A DNA stretch of 63,832 nt, the filler included, from Octopus bimaculoides (taxonomy: Eukaryota): NCBI RefSeq assembly GCF_001194135.2. It is 5 parts of 5 records of this genome, joined end to end, with 100 filler letters (N's around TTAATTAATTAA, not from the genome) between each part and the next. Parts side by side here need not be neighbours in the genome. Positions count along the whole stretch, not along the records: positions 1 to 21,269 come from NC_068983.1; 4 more parts are not named here. One strand, written 5' to 3'. Under the pieces are notes generated by a model. It saw only the letters and a list, made by a program, of their open reading frames with translations. It made no database searches and was not told the DNA's origin. Both the position numbers and the translations under genes were made by a program. Positions within the stretch are counted from its first letter, which is position 1. Each line of letters starts with the position of its first letter. This document shows positions 1 through 14,420 of the stretch, in pieces.

Positions 1-159
1 ATATATACATACACATACATATATGTATATATACATATATGGCTTACTTTTTTGTTAAGGTAAATTCAACAAAAAAGTACTCCATCCAGTGAAAGATAAA
101 TATTGTTTAATGTGCACAGTATATAGTTATTAGCTGCTAATAGTTTAATACATAGGAGA

Positions 160-620
160 TGTTGTCTAACGCCAACCACTCCGACAGTGTAGTGGGTGCT
201 TTTACGTGCCACCGGCACGAGGGCCATTCAGGCAGTACTGGCGACGGCCATACTCGAAATGGTGTATTTTACGTGCCACCTGCACAGGAGCAACGATCTC
301 GCTCGAATGTCTTTTCATGTGTCACTGGCACAAGTGCCAGAAAGGCGACATTGGTAACGATCACGCTGGTGCTATTTATGTGCCACCGGCACGGAAGACA
401 GACAGCTGCTCTGGCAACGATCGTGCTCGGATGGTGCTCTTAGTGATCCACTGGTACAGGTGCCAACACGATTTCGCTTGCCCCAACAGGTCTTCGCAAG
501 CCGAGTTTAGTGTTCTTAAATTCAGTTCCATTTCGATTTCACTTGCCTCACCATGTCTTTGCAAGCGGAGTTTAGTGTCCAATGAAGAAATGTTACGCGT
601 AAGTGGGCTGGCTACATCCC
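160..620 (-). mobile_element. RTE-associated retroposon segment with an internal ~55-60-bp tandem motif (ggtgcttttacgtgccaccggcac-like, five copies)
   Basis: 160-235 is nearly identical to 19755-19820. The motif recurs five times between 195 and 465. Confidence 0.6.
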
Positions 621-829
621 TGGCAGAGGCCTTGGATCAGTTTTACAAAAGCACACCAGTTTACAAAAAAGAGAGTGGTAATAGGAAGTGTATCCAACTA
701 CAAAACCCAACTTCAAAATAGGAAACTATTATGTGTATGGACCTTGCAAAGCTAACCCTCTCTTTAACATGGAAAACAGCTTTAAAACATTTGTTATGCA
801 CATGCATACACGTGTATGCACATGAATGT

Positions 830-863
<34 letters not shown>

Positions 864-1464
864 CTGCAAAACAAACACACGTGTATGTACATATGTATGA
901 AGATGATTTTGGAAGTAAATGTTTGAATGTGTGTATAGGGCATGTTAATGTGTGAATGCGTCTGCTCATAACAGTCGCTACATATTAACCTACAGTATAA
1001 TCACACATGTATACGTGTTTGTACAAAACAGAAAATGAAAATAAAAGTATTTCATCCTTATTGTGGTTGGCTCCATCTCTTATCTTAGACGTTCAGACAG
1101 TTGCTAAGTTGTAGGTGGTGATGTTTATATAGGTGGTATCTGCACAGCAACCGAGAGCAACGTTTTCTCTTAGTAAGTATGTGTCTGCATCATAATTAGT
1201 GTTTTTCAAACAGATTTTTCCTCCATGTTTTCACGAGAAGGTGGAGTCTACTGAGCTACATTTATCACTGAACTAATATATCACTGTCATAAACTGTACC
1301 AGAAATGTGCAATACAAGTGGAATGCAGGCATGCTTTTGTGAATGTGCGTATATGTGTGTGCTTGTGCATGTATGTACGTGTAAATATTTGTAGATGAAT
1401 AGACATTTTGCAATTTGTAATATACAACTGACATGACAGTCAGACATACACATATAAATGTTAG

Positions 1465-1531
<67 letters not shown>

Positions 1532-2039
1532 CCATTGAGTATATATAAATATCTGTCTAACCATGTGCATCTGTAATAAGATTTCTCTTTTTCTCTCATA
1601 TATATGCGTCTATGTGTTTTAGATTTATCTAAAGTTGCAAGGAAACCCAGAGAACTACAAACCCCATCTTTCTGTTCCATACCACTCTTAATATAGCACT
1701 ACAGAAACCTGGGAGGTCCATATGTTGTACATGGATGTAGACATGCAGACACATCATTCACCAAAGTACAAGAGATACATACACTTCTTGTGAAATTAGA
1801 ACTGTGACAGTCTATATACTAAGTCAAAACTAGCTGACCTAAGTTTACTCTCTCCATAAACACCACAATCACAGTCCATAAGAAATGGATGTGCCCACAG
1901 AAAAGACTTGGAATAGCTATCTGGCCTAATTATTGACCCTTATAACTTGTTACTGGGAAAGAATTAACAACAGAGGCATTGACTTAATGGGGGTAACAAC
2001 ATGGATATGAACTTTATAGGGTTAGATGAACTGCAGATA

Positions 2040-2380
2040 CATGGCCTAGATAGTAAGGCTCATGATCATAAGGTCGTGAGATCAATTCCTAGTGGTGCAT
2101 CGTATCCTTGAGCAAGACATTTTATTTAATATTACTCTAGTCCACTCAGCTGGCAAAAATGAGTTGTACCTGTATTTCAAAGGGCCAGCCTGTGTCACAT
2201 TCTGTGTCATACTGAATCTCTCTTAGAACTATGTTAAGGGTATGCATGTCGATGGAATGTTCAGACATTTGCTTGGTAATTTCATGAGCAGGCTGTTTCA
2301 GTGATTGGATCAACTGAAAACCCTTGTCATTGCCAACAAAGTGCTTGTTAAGGGTTAGATGAAATGCAAATCAGACTTGT
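2040..2380 (+). mobile_element. tRNA-derived SINE, family B (CORE-like central domain)
   Basis: Decayed tRNA-like head followed by catcgtatccttgagcaagacattttatt...gtccactcagctggcaaaaatgag. Related copies at ~9720-9985 (-) and ~47378-47500 (+). Confidence 0.65.
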
Positions 2381-2439
2381 GCTGTTTGAGATACTAAGAA
2401 CACTATCTTCCCAGAGACAAAACTAAGAGTAAGCCACTG

Positions 2440-3100
2440 TGCCTACACATTTATTGATCTAGAAAAGACTTTTATAGAATACTACTCCCTGTAAAGGTGC
2501 TAAGAAAACTAGGTATGGATGAATAGCTTGTGAGAGCCATGCACACCATACACAGTAATGTTGTCAGTAAAGTCAGAATTAGTATTGAGTTCAGTGATGA
2601 ATCTAGTATGCAGAGACATCAGAGCTTAGTTCCCAGTTCTCTTGCTATGACTGTCTCTGTAGAAATCCCTGTATGCCAATGACCTAGTTTTCATAGCTGA
2701 ATCTGTTGAAGAATTTGAAAAGAAGTTCCAAACAGAATTGAGAAGCATTAAACTAAATCAAATAAAGATAAAAGTTTTAGTCCACAGGAAAGAAGACAAG
2801 ACTTTACTAATTCTAGGGAGGCTGTCATGTTCAATATACAGAGAAAGATTAGTTAAAGACTCTGTACCTTGTACTAAATGTAAACTATGGGTGCCTAAGA
2901 GATATATGCAGGCTGATAGAGAAGAAATACTTCTTATCAAGCAGATGTACAGGAGTATTCAGCAGTAAACCTAAATATAAGATAACTTCTTTAAAATGCT
3001 CAGAAGGTTTCTTAGAAATAATTGATGGCTTATATTACTTAGGTGACTTAATTACCCGTAGAAGTGAGTGTTCCAAAGTAAAATCAGTTGATCAAAAATA
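2440..3100 (+). mobile_element. Degenerate RTE-type LINE reverse-transcriptase remnant
   Basis: Broken frames read FIDLEK, LRKLGMDE*LVRA, AESVEEFEKKFQ, KVLVHRK...GRLSCSI...CTKCKLW..KR and YYLGDLI. These match RTE ORF motifs, with stops and frameshifts. Confidence 0.75.
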
Positions 3101-3164
3101 TTGGGGAATATAGTCAATGCAGATTGGAGTGGATCTAATAAAGCTGATATATATCCACAGCTTT

Positions 3165-3830
3165 CACTAGCATTTAAACTGGCCATATATATTTTATGTA
3201 CAATTTAATTTATATAAGGGCATTACTATACAATAATGCCTCGTGCTTAGAGGGATGAACAATTTGTCTATGTACTGTGCTGAATACATGGAGTGCTCGT
3301 CAGGGTATGTTGATTTTTGTTTATTTTTATGTGTCTTGACCATACGTGTACTGATGAATAAAAGATGTAGTTTACTGCATAGTTTACTGCATTAATTATG
3401 AAACCATTGGTTTACCGTAGGAGGTTAGCTTTGAAAGTTGCATTCCCTCGCGATCGGTAAAAATGTGCTTATTTTGGTAGTTTTGACTTATGGAATCCCT
3501 CTAAGCGTGAGGTATTATTGTATAGTAATGCCCTTATATAAATTAAATTATATATATTTAGGGGAAAAAATTATGGCTTTTTTCCTTATGAGGTTTTTCA
3601 CACTAACTACTTGATAAATTCTTATAAAGTCTTTATCCTAATATCATATTATATTTTATGTACAGATTGACTATATTCAGCCTCTCACACCTACTCTAAA
3701 ATGTTATTCTAAAAATAAACAAGCACATCATCGAAATCTCAACACAAAAAGGCAATGCACAAGTAATTCAAAACAGTGTGAATAAATAGGTATTACATTT
3801 GACAGAGAAATCTGAATGCTAAAGAGTTAA
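3165..3830. mobile_element. TTAA-flanked (piggyBac-like) MITE, interrupted by other sequence
   Basis: Ends tagcatttaaactggcca and ctgaatgctaaagag-ttaa. Same family as 7663-7857. Confidence 0.55.
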
Positions 3831-4920
3831 AGATCAACTCCATTCCAGTCAGATTGATCAATATTGTCCAATTAATCACATTGGAGTTCTCTGATTTTAA
3901 GCAACTCTGGTGGGAGTTTTTGTCTACTAATTGTTTGGATAATCTTAGTTGATTGAAGTTTCTCACTATATTACATATGTGAGATAGTATTTATATTTAG
4001 TGTGTGAAACACTCATCTGGGGTAATTTTTCTCAGATCTGAACAGTACAACTGTTGATGGCTAGCATGTTGTTCCTTAATAGATAAGGTGCATGGAGTAT
4101 CACTGGTCTTCGTCCACTTTCTACATCTGGCATGTGAAGTTCTAAGCACCATGTTATGGCAAACTGTTTCAGAGAAGAGACAAGAATTGGTGGGTGCTAA
4201 TATGGTATCACTAAATGAATGACTTCCACAATTGAAGCTGCTAGCCAAAGAAGAAATGTTGCGGACAAATTGTAACAATTTTATGTTTACAAACAAAGCA
4301 AACCACCTAGTAGGAAGAAATTGAGTGTGGTCAAAAATGGAGCCATATTAACTTTGCTCAAGACATGTCCTATGATCAACAGACCAAGAAATAGCTCTAC
4401 ACAAGAATGCCTGCAGCACAGGTTAACAATTTCATCAAAGTGAATGTGAAAAGTGTGCTACAGGTGACTTATTAGGAAAGATTGTGGTAGAGAAAACTTA
4501 AAGGGCTTACTAATAGGAAAATATGAACCAAAAATCAATGAACAGGTACAACAAACAGGGAATCAGTCTCTGAATAATTAAATAGCATGCCAATGATCCT
4601 TTATAACCCAATGCAAAAAGCATGAAAACATGCCATTCTTATAGTCATTTCACTTTAAGGAAGGGGCTGAGACAGCTTTGAAATGTTAAGGGACTAATAG
4701 ATTTATAAATGCTAATATAAAAGAGGAAGAAATGGAATAGACAGGAGAGAGGGAAAGAAGAAGAGTAATGTCAAAATACACAGAGGAAATAAGCTGTCAT
4801 GAACATGATATTTGTATCCTAGTATGCTAATCATGTGATTAGATACCCAGAGTAAAAGTTATACACCATAATAGAAATGAGACTTTATTCTTGATTTATT
4901 TTTGAGAAGAAATCAAAAGT

Positions 4921-5870
4921 AACATTCTAAATATCCTATACCTGTCTATTAAATTCACAATGGAAACCCATGAAAAAGAATTAATATTTTTAGATATTTT
5001 CATAAATGTAATACTGAATTACAACAGATATATTGAACTTTAATTCATATCATCTATCACACATTAAAAGGTACATTCCATAATGCATGGCAAAATGATT
5101 GTGTCTGATAGTGGTTGCTTTAGAACTGTGGCAAATTTAACTCAATGAACTTAGAAGCTTTCTAAACCAAAATTAGCTCTTGCTATTAACAGATGATGGG
5201 ATTAAAAAAAAGTAAAGGAACCGGATATATCTCAACTTAGAACACCTAGACAAAAAACTGAGACGTTATGTTAAGGCATTTGTCAATACTCATGATCAAA
5301 CATATTTGCTTCCATTAAGGTACACTTACAAAGTCTGTTTATTCAAGACAACAACAAATAAAAGCTTAATCATCAACTAATGAACCTTAAAAAACACTTT
5401 GCAAGGGTCAAATTCTTATCAGAAAATGAGTTTTCATAAATTTTTTTAGAGAGGATATGCAGTAGAGATATCTTCAATTATTTGGAAACTATTCCTGAGA
5501 TAAAATTTAAAACTGGATAATCTTTCAAAATAAATGTTGACATGATGTATATTGTATAATCTGCCCCACTTCTAAAGAAAATGATATCAGACAAGTTGAA
5601 AATTCCACGAGAATGAGTCCAAATACATAAACACCAAATAAGGAAAATCCCAAAGAGTGAATATTTAGAAATTTGTGAGAACAGCAAATTCAAAAACAGC
5701 TTTCTATAAATATTCAAAGGACTATTTACAATATCAGAAAGGCAGAAAGAAGTTTAAAAATATTTTTTACTAATAAATTTTCTCCAAAACAAACACATGA
5801 CAACTGTTCTTAGTGACGCAATAGCTTTGCTTAATAAGAAATTTATAAACATACACACATTAAAATTGTG
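4921..5870 (+). mobile_element. Highly decayed Penelope-like retroelement remnant
   Basis: IKFTMETHEKELIFLDI at ~4948-5000 is typical of the Penelope RT C-terminal region. Downstream decayed motifs fit RT thumb and GIY-YIG regions. Confidence 0.5.
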
Positions 5871-6765
5871 ACAAGTTTAAACAAATGAAAGTGCTTTATT
5901 TCAACTTAACTGTATTTCAATTGGTTTTAATTTGACTAATAGTAATTTTTTTTATTACTAAATAGTGTTTCACTTTCTTCAGTATCCTGCTTATGTCACT
6001 GAGTTCTTTCTTGTAGCTATGATTATTTGATTGAAGAGAGAGAGACAAAGAGCGAGTGTGTATGTGTGAATTCATGTATGCATGTTTGTATGCAATGCTT
6101 GATATTATACTGAAAACATTAATTGTTAATTTATAACATATATGACATATCATACCAAGGCACAAACTCCCTGTTGCTGGTGCCATAATAAAGCACACCA
6201 GCAGACTGATTAAAGTGGCTGATGTTATGAATAGTATCCAGCCAAAAAAAACTTCACATACACTCACTTGCATATAATGTATGTCAACGACCATAGTTAT
6301 TTCAATAAGATCTTAACAAGTTTTCCTGTATAAAATTAGAGGAACAGGGTCTTTATTGGTGCAGACTGCTCAAGTTGCTGCACCAATAAAGATGTGCCCT
6401 GTTATAAGAAAAGCAACAACTTGTGTCTTTTTCTTTTGTACATTGGCTGCATTCGTTTAAGGCTTCAATATGTTTTATATGATTTATAAAGCTTTTAAGT
6501 AGGCATACCATACTGTTACTTAGCCTCGAGTCAGCTCTGATAAGCAGATTTATGAGCAAAGGCATTCCAGCTTTGACCATCCATTTTTATATGCAAAATA
6601 TAGCTCAGAGACGACATTACCTAATGCATCCTTCCTTCCTTCAAGCCTATAAGACATGTTTTGAGGGAGATTTGGCTGCTATTTATTTCTTGCAGATTGA
6701 GCAACTGCATAGAGCCTATCTTGTTGACTTGTAAGATATATATATTTTATAATAGGCAGTTATGA

Positions 6766-6809
<44 letters not shown>

Positions 6810-7662
6810 ACACACTTACCATTCATGTACACAAACTAACCAATAGGGGAATGGCCCTTTAATCAGTTAGGATATTTTTCATATAGTTCTAGCATAAATC
6901 CATATGACTGGGCAACAGGTGTGTGAAAATAGATGCTTTGATATTACATACAAGGGTGCATGACATACAAATTTGATTACTGTCCTCCAAACCACATCTC
7001 AGGTGAAGACTTAAGTTTAGTGTCTTTGTTATGCTACTGAGCAACTGGATCCATGAAAGTGAAAGAGAGAGAGAACGGGTATGCTGAAAAGATTAAGGCT
7101 AATCATAAAAAGAATGTAGAAATCATGACATGTAATAAATTATATCTTATTTCGTCAATTAATTTATAATTTATTTTACGACAATTTATAATTTATTTCA
7201 TGAATAATTTTTACTGATATATATCTCCAGTATTCTAAATGTGCTATAAGAATGTTTGCTACCTCCAACATTTCTAATTTACTCATTAAATGCTAATATT
7301 GTTATTACTAGATCAACTCTTATACTGTAGAATTATAACAAACTAGGAATTTTGACAAAAGACGCATAGCAATGAAACCAAAACTTGACCAAAAATTAGA
7401 CCATTGAAACAATTGCATTGCAGAATAGTCACTTTGTAATTACTTCTTCATGTGTCAATATTTTAATTACATCATTGTGACCTAGTCACTGACACAATTT
7501 AACACGTTTTTTTTATACTGAAGGTGACATGAAGGCTAAATTTACATTAGCTAGATATAAACTGAATAACATAATTTCAGAGTGCATGCTGAATTGTGTC
7601 AATGACCAGCTCACAGAGGTGTGATGAAAATTTTGACAGTAGAGCAAAAGAACTTTTGACCA

Positions 7663-7857
7663 CCCTTTAGCATTTAAACTAGCCATCTGGTCCAAATATT
7701 TTACTTATTTAATGTTCAAACTGGCGAGGTCCAGCCTCTCACACCTACCCTACAATGCCATTCTAAAAATGAACCATTGTATCATCAAAATCTTGAATCT
7801 ATAAGAATGTGAATAAATAAGCATTACATTTGACAGTGTAATCTGAATGCTAAAGGG
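7663..7857. mobile_element. TTAA-type (piggyBac-like) MITE
   Basis: Terminal inverted repeats CCCTTTAGCATT / AATGCTAAAGGG, with TTAA directly after the right end. Confidence 0.7.
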
Positions 7858-10800
7858 TTAAGAAATGAAGAGTTAACACAACAGTACATGTGTTCTTAAA
7901 TGGCTAAAATGACTTTACTATGAAGTAACTTGGTCAATTTCAACACACAGAGCCTCAGATCAAGTAACCAAATGCATACAAATTTGAAATAAGTCATTGA
8001 AGAATAACTCATCTAAAGAATCAAATTAACCTTAAAAAGATAATTATTTCTTCAGTAACATTTTTTGGTTTATTCCTATAAAATATTTCTTTTTGATAGC
8101 TTTCTACAAATGGAAGCAATCTCTTTCTCTTTCTGTCACAGGAACAGGATATCCTAAATATTGTGTTCATTATGAAAACATTTTGAAGTGGACTATTGGT
8201 GGCAAAAATGAAAATTAAGCCATTTATATAGACCAGAAAAGGAGAGAGAAACAGTGATAAAAAGACCAAATAGAAAGGAAATTTTAAATGAAGTACATAC
8301 TTCATTAACATAGCCATGAATTTAATTTAACAAATAAAAAGTCTATAACCAAGAACAGAAACTTGTAATTCAGTTCTGCAAGATATCATTAGTTAACCTC
8401 ACATGCAGTTCCATCTATCCTTAGAGAGCATCTCATCTCATAAATAAAACCTTAATTAAACCATAATGGCTGTATGGTTACGAAATTTACTTTGCAGCCA
8501 CATGCTTCTAGATTCAACCTCGCTATGTGAAATCTTGGGCAAGTATCTTCAACCATAGCTAGAAACTGTATAGAAGCCTTCTATATACATATGCATATAT
8601 GTTTATATTGTTTGCTATATATCTGCAAAGAATGTAAACGTTGGTGAAGAACACTGGTATTTTTACAAATGAAGTTCAGTGAGTTACAGATGCTTCCATT
8701 CTCAATATTTGTCATTGAAAAATATAAAATCATCAATCAATGATCAGATTAATGAAAATCTGTAATCAATGATGCTCTTGTTCACAAATTGCAATATGAA
8801 ATTAATACTATATTTTCTGGCATTTAGTGGAATTTTTCAGACTGAAATTTACAACCAAAAAAAAAAGGAAGGTCAACTTATACATCAAAACAACTTTAGA
8901 ACACCAAAGATTCTATGTGAAATGCTGTAGGATTTAGAAAGATAGTGACAATGTTTGAATGTTTACACATGTTTGCACTATATATACAGTAAAACATAAA
9001 ATAGATAAATAAATGCTGAATAATGAAAAGATATAGAGATCTGTAAAGCATTTATGTAGGTGGAAAGTGAACAACTCCACAACTTTTTATTCCAGTCAAA
9101 TTTATCCATTCTAAAAGGAAATCATTATGCTGTAAAGGAAAGTACAAGAATTAAAAGTGATATTTAAAAGTAAATTGCATTTATATGGGATTACAGAGAT
9201 TAAACTGAATGTTGTACTATGTTTAGTTGGGGTAGATGAGAAGATATAAAAAATGTAAATTAATCTTAATTACAAGACAAATTTCCAGGCTTGCAAATAT
9301 ATAGTTAAAATCCAATGGAAGAAATAACTCCTAACTAAAAGTGTAATGAACTTTTAACTAGGGATACAAGTAAAAATATTTTTTGTCAAAGAAATAATGA
9401 AAACGACAAAAGTGGCAAGTTTTGGAATCTACTCCTTATTGATGACAACATGACTAGGGAAAAGAATGAAGGAAGTTACCTAATAAGGCTTTTTTTTTGT
9501 ATTTTATATAGCATCTTAGCTATGTCATTAGCTACAAGATTCCAATGGGCTAATCAACATTTAAAAAAATATTGACAAAGGATTGTCAATCCAATTTTAG
9601 TGTAACAAATATTTCATTCTAAAACTCTTATCAGTTTTCTTGCCAGTGTTAACATCTTCAATAAAACACACACACACACACACTATTAACCATTACATAT
9701 ACTGCCAAGAAACCCTAAAAGACCTCACACTTGATCAGGTGACTGACCAGGTTATCAGATGTTGTTACACATTGCCGATCACAATGTGCATTTGCATGGT
9801 TTTAGCCTTCAAATGATGTCACCCCTCTGGCTGGGCAAGCAGTCCAACATTCCCCACTGATTGAAAGGGGGGACTGGAGCAATGTGAAGTGAAATGTTTT
9901 GCTCAAGAACACAATGTGCTGCCAAATCTAGGAATTGAACCCACTATCTGGTGATCATGAGTGCACTAGGCCATGCGCCTTCACAAAAAAACAAAAAAAA
10001 AGACCTCTATACAATGGAAATAGACATTTCTGAGACATACTCGGGCTATTATTGGTTGTGCAGAATCACTGGAGAATTAACAACAAAATCGGAAATACAG
10101 TCTAACATTTATAACTTCTAAGTAAAATGGGTAATACCATACATGCATATGTGCATGCACTCACACACTTATGTTTACATGCATGCATTTACATGCACAT
10201 GCACACACAAGATTATACTTACATTGCAACAATGAATGCTGACAGATATAAAATATGATTGGTAACATCCTTACTCAGAAGGAGCATTTATATTCTCCTC
10301 CACACAAGTGAAACACTAGATAAAGAAATCCACAATACTCAGAATAAAGAAAAAAAGAACACTAATCAACAATGAATATTCTAATGAACAAATAAACCAA
10401 ACCACAGAGCACTATAGGAATGAATGCATTAAACACCGCACCTATTATAGATACAGAAACCATACAAAGGGTATTGTGAGAATGAAATACATACTAATTA
10501 GATGAACATGTTATCACAAACCTTGTATAACAAAACACTTTACAATGGACAATAAATTAACACACATAATTAACTACAAAAACAATGACACCAAAAACTT
10601 TTTAATTAATAACAAACCACATATAAACTCACATATACACTACAAATGAGTAACGTAATTTATAAATTTGATTACAAATGGGAAACATATATACATATTC
10701 ATATCATCATCATTTATACACCTGCTATTTCCCCCCCCCCCCATGCTAGCATGAGTTGGATGAGATTTAGCAAGGCAGCAGCCTGTGGCTGGATGCCCTT

Positions 10801-11126
10801 CTTGCCATATTAGTTTCGTTCAAGTAAAGTATTTATATTCCAATGTTTTTTTTTTTTTCACACACTGATACCACTATGCAATGAAAAACTGATTCTTATA
10901 ACCAATGTTATGAAAACCCATACTGAATTTAATTATTTATTCCCAACATCTCAAGTGTATGGAGTCTTCTCAAGTGTATGGAATTCACTCATAGGGTACT
11001 GGAGTTTTACAGAATTTTCAGCTGATTTTAGATGAATCTAGTGGATTTTGAAAACAGTATTAAAGTTGGTGTGTATAAAAATCAGTTTATACTCCCACAC
11101 TTCATGCTCTATCCCTTGAGGGCAAT

Positions 11127-11159
<33 letters not shown>

Positions 11160-11786
11160 AATTATATAATTATAACAAGGGGTCAGCTTAATGCATCACC
11201 ACGTGCTGCTAGAAATAGATGTCAAAGTCTTTTTTACTACCTTAAAATCTTTGAGAATAACACACTTATTGTAGAAAGATAATGAATCAAACTTGGTTAA
11301 CCGTAGATGCGTTTCAAACTCAAAGTAAAAATAATTTTACATACTGTCTCATCTTGTTATAATTATGTATATAATTATAAAATAATTTGTAAAATTTACC
11401 TAAAAGATTTTTATTTTTTGCACTGGCTACCTGGTAAAATCATTATTGATTTTACCCTTTATTTTATATCTATATCTATATCTATCTATTTATATATATA
11501 TTAACATAGGGTAAAAATCATATATTAATTATATATTAATTAATATCGATTAATTACCAGGAAGCTAGCACATTTAAAGAATCAAAGAGATTCAGAAACA
11601 ATATCTGCAATCTCAGGGGATTAAAGTATATTTTTATATATAACGTTGACCACTAACGTGGACATTCAATGTGCTAGAAATAGATCACATCTTGTGTCTA
11701 CTAAGACCTAAATTGTTCTCAAAAACGAAATTTAACGGAATACCAAAGCGTAAGCGGGCAAGACATTTAAAATTACCTAAAAAATC

Positions 11787-11822
<36 letters not shown>

Positions 11823-12734
11823 NNNNNNNNNNATATATAAATGATGGATCATTAAAAACCCATAAACCAGAGCACAACATGTATCACATCTAACCACAAA
11901 TAGTTAGAATACATTACAAAAACTTTTTTTTAAATTCTTATCAAAATGAAACTACAGAAACTTGTAAATACCACAGGACCTACTTGAGGCAATCTATGTA
12001 ATATACCAAGTTCAATGTAAACATGGAAGTTGTAAACTTTATTATGCAAACAGTTACACTGAATTCTCAAGTATGACACTTTCTCATTAACTAATCCTGT
12101 ATTTGCAATAAGGAGCCATTGCAATATACACTGAATGAAACAAAAAAAAACCCCCATTAGTTGAAAGCACTACTATCTTATACAGACTTTCACGGAAAAA
12201 TGAGATTATCTTTGGGAACTTTATTGAGAGTAAAATTATAAGCCAAAAATCAATGCACATATACATGTAAAATAAACCACAAAATATAACACGGGTCAGC
12301 TGTTGAACAATACTAAATCTTGTAATGATAGTTTTGTCAGATGTAATATTACTCCTACACATGATGCTTTGTGACCATCTGCAAAACATAAGCAACACAA
12401 AAATGTTGTTATATTTCATTCAGATGACAAAGTTGAGAATATCTTGAAATGTTAATAGACTTAGGAACACTATTGTTGCAAACTGAATATACAGGGCCAA
12501 TAAAGAAATAAGAAAAATCGTAAATAAAAAAAAATCCCTTTTGTTGCCATGTTTCTATTAAAATACACAGCTATTTCTTATTTACACAAATGCATATATA
12601 TGGAATACTTAGCCACTTACACTCTGGGAGTTAAATATAAATATATTATTAGAATAATTGAATCTTTACAAAGTACATCATTAAGAAAACACTAATTTCT
12701 GAATTTGACACTAATACTAATTGCCTGCATATAT

Positions 12735-13115
12735 ATATTCTTGTATTTGTTTCAGTCATTTTGACTGCGGCCATGCTGGAGCACCACCTTTTAGTAAAAA
12801 AAATCAACCCCAGGACTTATTCTTTGTAAGCCTAGTACTTATTCTATCGGTCTCTTTTGCTGAACTTTTAAGTTACAGGAACGTAAACACACCAATATCG
12901 GTTGTCAAGTGATAGTGGGGGGGATAAACACAGATACACAAACATACACACACATACATATATGACAGGCTTCTTTCAGTTTCCATCTACCAAATCCATT
13001 CACAAGGATTTGGTTGGCCTGATGCTATAGAAGACACTTGCTCGAAGGTGCCATGCAGTGAGATTGAACACGGAACCATGTGGTTGGTAAGCAAGCTACT
13101 TACCACACAGCCACT
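12735..13115 (-). mobile_element. tRNA-derived SINE, family C
   Basis: Minus-strand head gtggctgtgtggtaagtagcttgcttaccaaccacatggttcc, middle gatttggtagatggaaactgaaagaagcc, tail ggtgctccagcatggccgcagtcaaa. Fragments also at ~8465-8580, ~14120-14190, ~19130-19285, ~22210-22370, ~34670-35270, ~41100-41150 and ~42360-42560. Confidence 0.7.
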
Positions 13116-13121
13116 TATATA

Positions 13122-13152
<31 letters not shown>

Positions 13153-14037
13153 CAAAATAAGCAACAAGGATATCCAGAGTTAATGCAGTATGACCGTTTC
13201 ACGCAACTCCATTTCATTGAACAATGCAACCATTACATCAATTTAAATGCAGAGCAATCCTCAACTGCACAAAGACATAGAATTTAATTAAATTAAAACA
13301 GATGGACACATTAGTATAATTTTACCTCAAATCTCCAAGAAGTTAAGGAGATAGATAAAGAACATGCTGCCTTCACTTCCAGAAGTGAAGGCTGTATGTT
13401 CTCCTTAACTTCTTGGAGATTTGAGGTAAATTGCAATATAAATACACACACACACACATGAGTGTGAGTGTTTGTGCGTATACCTTCCCCCTCTTTCTCT
13501 CTCTAGTTCTTCCCCTAATTCATCAATCCATCTGCTCCCTACCTCTCTCTGTTCCTCCCACATGACTGGTGCTTGGCCAAGCATGATCTTTCTTTCTTGG
13601 CTTGACCTCCGCTCGCACAACACCTTATTTTCCTGTCTCCTGACTTTCATCTATGTTTGTTGCCATAAGGCTTTCACTTGTCCTGAGGCTTAACCTAACT
13701 TGTCCTTTCAGTTGAAAGATACCTATTGTTATCCTTGTTGTTTGTATTTGTAATCATTTTCTCTGTTTTCTCGTTTCCTTTTCTTTCTTAATGTTTGGTC
13801 CATGTTGTCACACATATTCGCCTGCTTTCTTCCAAAAATTTAATGCCCTTAGCTTAGATTTTTTGGGCTTAACAATTTTGAACAGTCTCAAGTGTAACAG
13901 GCTGAAACTGTAGTGATAATTGGAAGTTTGACTGATGAATAGAAAGCCATGAATGTTCTGTCCAGGTTTTCCTGTCTGTCTTTGTATCATCCATATATTT
14001 TCATTGTTGTCTGTTACATTCTTGTTTTGCTTTTTGG

Positions 14038-14076
<39 letters not shown>

Positions 14077-14078
14077 TG

Positions 14079-14116
<38 letters not shown>

Positions 14117-14193
14117 TAAGCACTGGCATGGCTGTATGGTTAAGAAGCTCACTTTCCAACCCCATGGCTTTGACTTCAGTCCCATTGCATATA

Positions 14194-14420
14194 TTGGGTT
14201 GTCCGGAAAGTTTGTGCCAATTTTAAAGGAAAGAAAAAGGTCAATAAATACTTGCTATTACATTTTTAATCAACCAAATATGAACCATTTTGTTGCACAA
14301 TGCGTCTCCATCTTTCCTTTAACTTGAAAATACCCTCTTCCCAGAATTGAGGTGGTTTCATGGCAAATAAGTCGAAAGGTAAGCTGCGATAAATCGGCAC
14401 AAACTTTCTGTACAACCCAA
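14194..14420 (-). mobile_element. Internally deleted mariner element (MITE) inserted into a SINE head
   Basis: TIRs TTGGGTTGTCCGGAAAGTTTGTGCC / GGCACAAACTTTCTGTACAACCCAA with TA on both sides. The minus strand encodes a transposase C-terminus (FAMKPPQFWEEGIFKLKERWRRIVQQNGSY). Confidence 0.85.

Noticed and set aside
3997-4296. 99-aa minus-strand ORF
   Set aside because: No recognisable family or convincing splice context; length is within chance range.
7524-7619. Open + strand frame GDMKAKFTLARYKLNNIISECMLNCVNDQLTE after an acceptor-like site
   Set aside because: Weak donor (gtgtga) and no recognisable homology.
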